The position numbers and the translations under genes are program-made. Positions 18,396-24,979 of a stretch of 64,000 nt of DNA are shown in pieces (positions within the stretch are counted from its first letter, which is position 1; every line of letters begins with the position of its first letter). Below the pieces are notes generated by a model, which was given only the letters and a program-made list of their open reading frames with translations, had not been told where the DNA came from and ran no database searches. The DNA comes from Nesterenkonia sp. Act20 (GTDB lineage: Bacteria > Actinomycetota > Actinomycetes > Actinomycetales > Micrococcaceae): assembly GCF_019173455.1 (NCBI RefSeq), contig NZ_JADPQH010000001.1, positions 1,268,391 through 1,332,390 of the forward strand. The letters run 5' to 3'.

Positions 18396-19486
18396 CGCAG
18401 CTCCGCGAAGTCTCGGACGGCCACCCGCGCGTGGACTCCTTTGACCAGGTCGACCACCTGGGAGATGTTGAAGTCCGTGGCCGCGGAGAGATAGGCGTAG
18501 GCATGCTCTGCATCGAGGCCCCAGCGGGCCTGCAGCAGCACGATCGCGTTGCGCACGCAGTTCTGCACGGCGATGTCCAGGTCCTCGTCCATCCCGGTGG
18601 GGATGAGGAACTCCGCGGTCTCGGCCAGCGGCCCGATCTGTTCGCCGAAGGCGGCCAAGGCCTGTTCCCGAGGGATGACCTCGAAGCTCAGCAGCCCGCG
18701 CAGGGAGGCCTCCATCGCGGTGAGCGCGACCTCGCCGTCGCCCTGGGCGAAGTGGGGATCGCCCACGTAGGCCAGCGCGCCGGGCACCTGCACGGGCAGG
18801 TAGAGCGAAGTTCCCTCGGTGAGCATCTTGATGTCGATATTGCCGCCGTGGGCCCCCGGCGGCACGGAATGGGGACGGGCCTCCCCCGCTACCGCCACCC
18901 CGATGGTCCCGAAGAAGGGAGCCAGCTCGAAGCTCAGCAGCCTCTCCGCTCCGGTGCGCGGGGCCATACGGCCGCGAGCCTGACCCTGACCGGCCTCTTC
19001 CACGGCGGCGAAGATCGAGACGTTGCGTTCTCCGCGCGGGTACTCCCCGTTGAGCGCTCCCTTGCCGTGGCGGTTGGAGATGATGCCGTAGGGGACGCGG
19101 CGCTGCAGCTGCTTGATGGTCACCTTGAGCAGGTCGCCCGGCATGGCGCCCTCGACATGGAGGGGGCCGGTGTTCACGTGCGGGCCGTCGACGGCGGGGT
19201 CTCGCGGGTGGTCGCTTGCTGCGAGCGCGATCGCGTCGGTGAGCACCTGATCCTCGGGCACGCCGTGTCCGCCGAAATAGGCCAGCGGGTCCCGTCCCTG
19301 ATCCTCGAGAATGCCCTCATGAGAGAGTGTGTCGATGACGACCTGCTCACCGGACTCGATGTGCAGCGCCGGCTCATCGGCGGCGCAGGGCAGCCTCCCC
19401 CAGAAGATGTTCTCCGGGCGCGCCGGGAGGTAGCGGGCACCCTCGGGCAGGTGTTCGCCGGGCTGCAGGATGGGCTGCGGGCTCAT
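18392..19486 (-). CDS. Acetamidase/formamidase (FmdA/AmdA)-family hydrolase; first gene of the long minus-strand operon
   Basis: 364 aa; FmdA_AmdA fold motifs (HGGNIDIKMLTEGTSLYLPV, GDPHFAQGDGE); ATGA overlap with amidase start. Confidence 0.7.
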   Translation of the reverse strand: MSPQPILQPGEHLPEGARYLPARPENIFWGRLPCAADEPALHIESGEQVVIDTLSHEGILEDQGRDPLAYFGGHGVPEDQVLTDAIALAASDHPRDPAVDGPHVNTGPLHVEGAMPGDLLKVTIKQLQRRVPYGIISNRHGKGALNGEYPRGERNVSIFAAVEEAGQGQARGRMAPRTGAERLLSFELAPFFGTIGVAVAGEARPHSVPPGAHGGNIDIKMLTEGTSLYLPVQVPGALAYVGDPHFAQGDGEVALTAMEASLRGLLSFEVIPREQALAAFGEQIGPLAETAEFLIPTGMDEDLDIAVQNCVRNAIVLLQARWGLDAEHAYAYLSAATDFNISQVVDLVKGVHARVAVRDFAELR

Positions 19487-19560
19487 GGATCACTCTCCTC
19501 GTTCCGATCAGTCTGCCCGATCAGGTGTTACAGCAGAGTGACATCTCTGGAATGTCCGTT

Positions 19561-20667
19561 TCAGAGCCGGAGCGTGGCCTTCATGGGCTCGCTCAGCTGT
19601 TCCGCACTGGTCAGGAAGCCGTCATGACCGATCGGCGAGTGGATCGTGTGCACCGGGTGGCCGCCTGGGATGGCATCGGCGATCTGCTGGGACTGTTCAG
19701 GGAAGTACAACCGATCGGTCTCCACAGCTGCGAGGAATGGAACGGCGGTGACCGAGGAGAGAGCCTCGGCCACGCCTCCACGCCCACGCCCGACGTCGTG
19801 GCTCATCAGCGCCTCGGAGAGCACCACATAGGCATTGGGGTCGAATCGCTTGAGCAGCTTCTCGGCCTGGTGGTCCAGGTAGGACTCCACCTGGTAGCGG
19901 CCGCGCCGCCGGTCGGGCCAGCCGAAGGGATCCTCTGCACCCTGCGGGGCGCGTCCGAATCGAGCGCCCAGCTCGGCCTCTGCACGGTAGGTGATGTGGG
20001 CGATCCGCCGCGCGAGCCCGAGTCCGGAATGCGGGGCGGGGCCGCCGTAATAGTCCCCGCCGGCGAAATACGGGTCATTCTCCACCGCCAGCACCTGGGC
20101 CTGCCCGAAAGCGATCTGCTCAGCGGTGGACGCCGCACCGCAGGCGAAGACGGCCACGCCGTCGACCATCTCCGGGTAGGTGGCGGCCCATTCCAGCGCG
20201 CGGGCGCCTCCCATGGATCCACCGATCACCGTGTGGAACGTCTTGATGCCCAGGGCCGCAGCCAGCCGGGCTTCGAGGTGCACGGAATCGCGAATCGTCA
20301 CGAAGGGGAACCGGGAGCCATAGGGCTTCCCGTCGGGATCCAGAGAGGCGGGTCCGGTGGAGCCGTAGCAGCCACCCACCATCGCCGGGGCGATGACGAA
20401 CCAGCGCTGGGTGTCGATCGGTCGACCGGGGCCCAGCAGACCCTCCCACCATCCGATGGAGGGGTCTGCCGGGGTCGCGGCGACATGGGAGTCCCCGGTC
20501 AAGGCGTGCGCCACGAGGATCGCATTGCTGCCGTCCTCGTTGAGCGTGCCCCAGGTCTCGTAGGCGATGGTGACTTCGGGCAGCTGCCCACCTGTCTCGA
20601 ATGTGTACGCCCCCACATCTGCCGTGTTCAGCGCACCCGCAGGCCTGTCCCCAAAGTCATTCAGCAC
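19561..20667 (-). CDS. metX: Homoserine O-acetyltransferase
   Basis: 368 aa a/b-hydrolase, MetX hallmark GGSMGG nucleophile elbow and N-terminal pattern. Confidence 0.85.
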   Translation of the reverse strand: MLNDFGDRPAGALNTADVGAYTFETGGQLPEVTIAYETWGTLNEDGSNAILVAHALTGDSHVAATPADPSIGWWEGLLGPGRPIDTQRWFVIAPAMVGGCYGSTGPASLDPDGKPYGSRFPFVTIRDSVHLEARLAAALGIKTFHTVIGGSMGGARALEWAATYPEMVDGVAVFACGAASTAEQIAFGQAQVLAVENDPYFAGGDYYGGPAPHSGLGLARRIAHITYRAEAELGARFGRAPQGAEDPFGWPDRRRGRYQVESYLDHQAEKLLKRFDPNAYVVLSEALMSHDVGRGRGGVAEALSSVTAVPFLAAVETDRLYFPEQSQQIADAIPGGHPVHTIHSPIGHDGFLTSAEQLSEPMKATLRL

Positions 20668-20682
20668 CCGATCACCCTAACC

Positions 20683-22134
20683 TCAGACCGCGGACGCGGC
20701 TTCTCGCTTCGTCACATTGTCCGCACTCTGGTCATCGGCGGAAGAGTCCTGGTCAGAAGCCTGGCCAGCACTCTGGGTGGTGCTTTGGATGGCGGCCGCC
20801 TTCTCGAGCCCCTGGGCCAGGTCGGCGATGATGTCGTCGATGTGCTCCAGACCCACGGAGAGCCGGACGAGACCTGGCTTGACCCCCGCGGCATGCTGCT
20901 CGGCGGGGCTGAGCTGCCGGTGGGTGGTCGAGGCGGGATGGATCGCCAGCGAGCGCACATCACCGACGTTGGCCACCAGCGAATGCAGCTCCAGCGCGTC
21001 CACCAGCGTCTGGCCCGCGCGGGCCTGCGTGGCGTCGTCGTCCTCGGCTCCGCCGGCAAGCTCGAAGGCCAGCACTGCGCCGGTGCCGCGCGGCAGGTAC
21101 TTCTGCGCCCGCTCGAAGCAGGGGCTCGACGGCAGCCCGGAGTAGTAGACGCGCTTCACGGCCTCGTGGCCCTCCAAATACTCGGCCACCTTCTGGGCGT
21201 TGGCGACGTGGCGCTCGATCCGCAGCGAGAGGGTCTCCAGACCGAGGTTGATCTCAAAGGCGTTGTGCGGAGACAGCGCCGGCCCGAGGTCGCGCAGCAG
21301 CTGCACGCGGGCCTTGAGGATGAAGGAGAGGTTGACTCCGAAGATCCCCTCGGGGCCGAGATCCCGGCCGAAGACCAGCCCGTGGTAGCTCTCATCAGGG
21401 GTGCTGAAGCCGGGGAAGCGCTCCGGGTGGGCGAAGTAGTCGAAGCGTCCGGAGTCCACGATCACCCCGGCGATCGCCGTGCCGTGCCCACCGAGGAACT
21501 TGGTGGCCGAATGCACGACGACGTCGGCGCCGAAGTCGATCGGCTTGATCAGGTACGGGGTAGTCAGCGTGGAATCGATGATCAGCGGCGCACCATGGTC
21601 GTGGGCGACCGAGGCCACCCCTTCGATGTCCAGCACGTCCCCGCGCGGATTGGCCACGGCCTCGCCGAAGAAGGCGACGGTGTTCTCCCGTGTGGCGGCC
21701 CGCCAGGACTCGAGGTCGTCCGGGTCCTCCACGAAAGTGACGTCGATGCCGAACTTCGGAAGCGTGTGCTTGAAGAAGTTCTGCGTGCCGCCGTAGAGGG
21801 TGGGCGAGGCGACGATGTGACTGCCGGACTCGGCGATGTTCAGCAAGGCCAGCGAGGTGGCGGCCTGGCCGGAGCCGACTCCGAGCGCCCCGACGCCGCC
21901 TTCCAGGGCGGCGATCTTGTCCTCGATGGCCTGGACCGTGGGGTTGCCGATGCGGGAGTAGATCGGTGCGATCTCCTCGAGACCGAAGCGACGTGCTGCT
22001 GCGGCGGTGTCGGGGAAGACGAAGGAGGTGGTCTGATGGATCGGCAGGGCCCGTGCTCCGGTGGCCGGATCAGGGGCGACTCCGGCGTGGATCTGCTGGG
22101 TCTCGAACTGCCAGGTGCTGTCGTCGTTGCTCAA
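20683..22134 (-). CDS. metY: O-acetylhomoserine sulfhydrylase (PLP, Cys/Met metabolism family)
   Basis: 483 aa; Cys_Met_Meta_PP fold (SATKFLGGHG lysine region); TTG start at rc 22132-22134 with GGAG 7 nt upstream; acidic C-terminal tail. Confidence 0.85.
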   Translation of the reverse strand: MSNDDSTWQFETQQIHAGVAPDPATGARALPIHQTTSFVFPDTAAAARRFGLEEIAPIYSRIGNPTVQAIEDKIAALEGGVGALGVGSGQAATSLALLNIAESGSHIVASPTLYGGTQNFFKHTLPKFGIDVTFVEDPDDLESWRAATRENTVAFFGEAVANPRGDVLDIEGVASVAHDHGAPLIIDSTLTTPYLIKPIDFGADVVVHSATKFLGGHGTAIAGVIVDSGRFDYFAHPERFPGFSTPDESYHGLVFGRDLGPEGIFGVNLSFILKARVQLLRDLGPALSPHNAFEINLGLETLSLRIERHVANAQKVAEYLEGHEAVKRVYYSGLPSSPCFERAQKYLPRGTGAVLAFELAGGAEDDDATQARAGQTLVDALELHSLVANVGDVRSLAIHPASTTHRQLSPAEQHAAGVKPGLVRLSVGLEHIDDIIADLAQGLEKAAAIQSTTQSAGQASDQDSSADDQSADNVTKREAASAV

Positions 22135-22288
22135 GGAACTGCTCCGTTCAATGCGGTCCTTGGGGCTGAGCCGCGCGTGAACGTCGCTGCCGGTCAGAGG
22201 AGCTCCGGCGTTGAATCCTGTACGGCCCCGTCCTGAGGACTGGGTTTAAGGGCCCGCACTGGTGTGTGGCCCGCGCTTGCCACGTCGA

Positions 22289-22397
22289 TCACCGATGCTC
22301 GGTGATAGCCGCAGCCAGGTCGTCACCCGGGGCACCCCACCGCGAACTGGAGGGTTGCCGGCCAGCAAACCGGGGTTTTGCGCTGGCACTCTTGACC
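22289..22397 (-). ncRNA. SAM-IV riboswitch in metY-metX leader
   Basis: Reverse complement reads GGUCAAGAGUGCCAGCGCAAAACCCCGGUUUGCUGGCCGGCAACCCUCCAGUUCGCGGUGGGGUGCCCCGGGUGACGACCUGGCUGCGGCUAUCACCGAGCAUCGGUGA. This matches the actinobacterial SAM-IV consensus (AGUGCCAGCG...CCCCGG.UUGCUGGCCGGCAACCCUCC...GCGGUGGGGUGCCCCGGGUGA.GACC) nearly base for base; located ~155 nt upstream of metY. Confidence 0.75.
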
Positions 22398-22461
22398 TAG
22401 GGATAAGTCTGCATCGCGGAACGCCGCAGTGCAAGTGCACCCCCTCCTGCGACCCTCCCGC

Positions 22462-22531
22462 GAAAAAATCGTAGACCTCTAGCAAGTCGTAGGGCTATAG
22501 CTCGACGACAACGCGAAAGCTCTACGATTTC
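22462..22531. repeat. Palindromic A-tract/T-tract repeat element, copy A (partly degenerate)
   Basis: gaaaaaatcgtagacctctagcaagtcgtagggctatagctcgacgacaacgcgaaagctctacgatttc; left outer arm intact; 16 nt upstream of lipoprotein ORF1. Confidence 0.85.
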
Positions 22532-22546
22532 TGCCATCCTGGGACG

Positions 22547-22963
22547 ATGCAGCACGAAATCCGTTCGCTGGGCGCAGCCCTCCCGCTGGGCGCGATCTTC
22601 GTCCTCGGCCTCCTGGGCTGTGGTTCAGAACCGAGCACCGCCGATGCGCCCGAGGGCCTCGTCACTCGCGAGACCGACGACGACGGCGGCGACTCAGCCA
22701 TGCTCCAGGGCACCGTCACCCAGTTGGAGGGCTGCTTCTACATCGAGGACGCCCACCCCGAGGGCGAGCTGTGGGTGGCGGTGTTCCCCTCGGATATCGT
22801 CGCCGAACCCTCGGCTGGGGACGGGTTCTCCCTGAACGGGCAGGACTACAACGACGGCGACCAGAGCACCGTCGGAGGCAGCCGCGCCGTCGAGGCGGAC
22901 TACCCAGCGCCCGAGGAATGTGACGAGGAGGCTCCGCAGTGGCAGGTCCATCCGGAGGGCTGA
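22547..22963 (+). CDS. Small secreted lipoprotein, unknown function (paralog 1)
   Basis: 138 aa; signal peptide with lipobox LLGC; conserved blocks DAPEG, GCFY, VAVFP, GxGF..GxDYxDGD..VGGS, PEECDE..QW shared with the next ORF. Confidence 0.6.
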   Translation: MQHEIRSLGAALPLGAIFVLGLLGCGSEPSTADAPEGLVTRETDDDGGDSAMLQGTVTQLEGCFYIEDAHPEGELWVAVFPSDIVAEPSAGDGFSLNGQDYNDGDQSTVGGSRAVEADYPAPEECDEEAPQWQVHPEG

Positions 22964-22964
22964 T

Positions 22965-23405
22965 GTGAGCATCAAAGGTCCAGACCGTGCACGTCGCCGA
23001 CTCGCCGCAGCCGCGCTCCTGGGCGCAGCACTCGGCGCATCGCTGACCGGATGCGCGACAGATCTGCAGGACCCCGATGCACCAGAAGGCGTGCCGAACT
23101 ACATCGTCGACGAAGAGGCCGGTGCCGACGCCGCGCTGGCGGGGCGCGTGGCAGAGATCGATGGCTGTTTCTACGTCCAGGGCCCGGCCCCAGAGCGAAT
23201 TCTCACCCTCGCAGTTTTCCCTGCTCGCGAAGTCACAGACGCGTCGGAGGGGTCAGGATTTGCGTACCTGGGAGAGGACTATGCCGATGGCGACGCCATC
23301 ACCGTCGGCGGAAGCATGTCCGGGTCGACCCTCTACGCCGTTCCCGAGGCGTGTGACGAGGACGTCCAACAGTGGAGGGTCGCCCCGTCGACCCCGGCCC
23401 CCTGA
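22965..23405 (+). CDS. Small secreted lipoprotein, unknown function (paralog 2)
   Basis: GTG start 2 nt after the ORF1 stop, with GGAGGG 5 nt upstream (the track ORF begins at an earlier GTG, 22920); lipobox LTGC, RRR in the n-region; same conserved blocks as paralog 1. Confidence 0.6.
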   Translation: MSIKGPDRARRRLAAAALLGAALGASLTGCATDLQDPDAPEGVPNYIVDEEAGADAALAGRVAEIDGCFYVQGPAPERILTLAVFPAREVTDASEGSGFAYLGEDYADGDAITVGGSMSGSTLYAVPEACDEDVQQWRVAPSTPAP

Positions 23406-23406
23406 C

Positions 23407-23478
23407 GAAAAATCGTAGAGCTATCGCGTTGTCGTAGAGCTATAGCCCCACGATTCGCTAGAGCCCTACGATTTTTTC
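23407..23478. repeat. Palindromic A-tract/T-tract repeat element, copy B (partly degenerate)
   Basis: gaaaaatcgtagagctatcgcgttgtcgtagagctatagccccacgattcgctagagccctacgatttttt; starts 2 nt after the ORF2 stop; right outer arm intact; G-rich right flank mirrors the C-rich left flank of copy A. Confidence 0.85.
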
Positions 23479-23542
23479 GCGAGGGGGGGGCGACGGGGGT
23501 GACGCGGGAGGGCGGGACGTCGCTGGCCTACACTCATCTCTC

Positions 23543-24979
23543 ATGAGCTCCTCTGACAACGATGTCCGCGCAGCCCTGCGCAGCGCCTTCGCGCCCCACG
23601 CCGTGACCACCGACCCGGCGGAGCTCGACTCCCACGCTGTGGACAAGGGGCCGCTGGAGCACTGGCAGGTGCATACCCCGCTCGCGGTCGTCTTCGCGGA
23701 ATCGGTCGCTGAGGTGCAGCAGCTGGTCCAGCTCTCCGCCGAGCACGGCTTCCCGCTGATCACCCGCGGCGCTGGGACCTCCGTCTCGGGCGGGGCCAAC
23801 ACCACAGCAGGCTCGGTGGTGTTGAACCTGACCCGGATGAACCAGATCCTGGCGATGCGCCCCGAGGACGAGGTCGCCGTCGTGGAACCCGGCGTGATCA
23901 ACGCGGATCTGAACACCGCGGCCGCACAGCATGGACTGATGTACGCCCCGGACCCCGCCAGCTACCGCACCTCCACGATCGGCGGCAATGTCGCCACCAA
24001 CGCCGGCGGGCTGCGCTGCGCCAAGTACGGCGTCACCCGGGACTCGGTGCTGGCTCTGGACGTGGTCCTCGCCGACGGCACCCTCATCCATGCCGGACAG
24101 GCCACCTTCAAGGGAGTCGCCGGCTATGACCTGACCAGCCTGTTCGTCGGGTCGGAGGGGACCCTGGGCATCGTCGTCGGCGTCACCGTGCGGCTGCGCC
24201 ACCTGAGTCAGCACACTGAGACCATCGCCGCGTTCTTCGACGAACTCACCACCGCCGCCCAGGGCGTGCTCGACATCGGCAAGGCTCGAGTCCAGCCGGC
24301 GATCACCGAGCTGCTGGACCACCGCACCATGCTCGCCCTCGACGAAGCGCAGGGCTCGGATCTCGCCACCCGCGGGAACACCCTGCTGCTGATCCAGACC
24401 GACGGGCACGGGGCGGGCATCGAAGCCGAGATCATCCGCGAGGTGCTCCGAGCACTCGACGCCACGGTCAGCGACCCCGGCTCCACTGAATCGGAGCGTC
24501 TGATCGAGCTGCGCCGGCACGCCCGGGGCGATGGAATCATCACCGAGGTTCGCGTGGGCGAGGACGTCGCGGTGCCGCGATCCCGGCTGGTGGACTACAT
24601 CCGCGCGATCCAGGACCTCGCAGTGGAGCACGAGGTCCAGCTCAAGGTCGTCGCCCATGCCGGGGACGGCAACCTGCACCCCACCTTCAGCGTGCCGAGC
24701 TCCGAGCTGGCGCCCGAGCCGGACGCAACGGCCGGCGAGCAGAACGACGACGACGGCGCACCCGTCTCAGCGATGTCCCGGCTGCATGCGGCCCTGGACG
24801 GTTCGGTGCGGATCGCACTGGAGATGGGCGGCACGATCACCGGCGAGCACGGCATCGGCACCTATAAGCTGCGCTGGCTGGACTGGGAACAGTCGAACGA
24901 GGTGATCGAGCTGCAGCGCAGCATCAAAAACGTCTTTGACCCTGACTATCGACTCAATCCGGGTCGCGCGATCCTGTAG
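23543..24979 (+). CDS. FAD-linked oxidase (GlcD/D-lactate dehydrogenase-like; FAD_binding_4 + FAD-oxidase_C)
   Basis: 478 aa; PCMH-type FAD-binding domain (ITRGAGTSVSGGA ... GSEGTLGIV). Confidence 0.75.
   Translation: MSSSDNDVRAALRSAFAPHAVTTDPAELDSHAVDKGPLEHWQVHTPLAVVFAESVAEVQQLVQLSAEHGFPLITRGAGTSVSGGANTTAGSVVLNLTRMNQILAMRPEDEVAVVEPGVINADLNTAAAQHGLMYAPDPASYRTSTIGGNVATNAGGLRCAKYGVTRDSVLALDVVLADGTLIHAGQATFKGVAGYDLTSLFVGSEGTLGIVVGVTVRLRHLSQHTETIAAFFDELTTAAQGVLDIGKARVQPAITELLDHRTMLALDEAQGSDLATRGNTLLLIQTDGHGAGIEAEIIREVLRALDATVSDPGSTESERLIELRRHARGDGIITEVRVGEDVAVPRSRLVDYIRAIQDLAVEHEVQLKVVAHAGDGNLHPTFSVPSSELAPEPDATAGEQNDDDGAPVSAMSRLHAALDGSVRIALEMGGTITGEHGIGTYKLRWLDWEQSNEVIELQRSIKNVFDPDYRLNPGRAIL

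Noticed and set aside
16657-18513. 618-aa minus-strand track ORF
   Set aside because: Only its last 164 codons (uraD) are real; the rest is an out-of-frame read-through across the amidase gene, whose true frame is the 17148..18395 ORF.
19525-22236. 903-aa + strand ORF spanning the whole metX-metY region
   Set aside because: Entirely antisense to two well-supported genes; Arg/Gly/Ala-rich translation typical of reverse-frame reading of high-GC coding DNA; no recognisable domain.
22246-22485. 70-aa (+) and 79-aa (-) ORFs in the metY leader
   Set aside because: They overlap the SAM-IV riboswitch; structured-RNA region, not coding.
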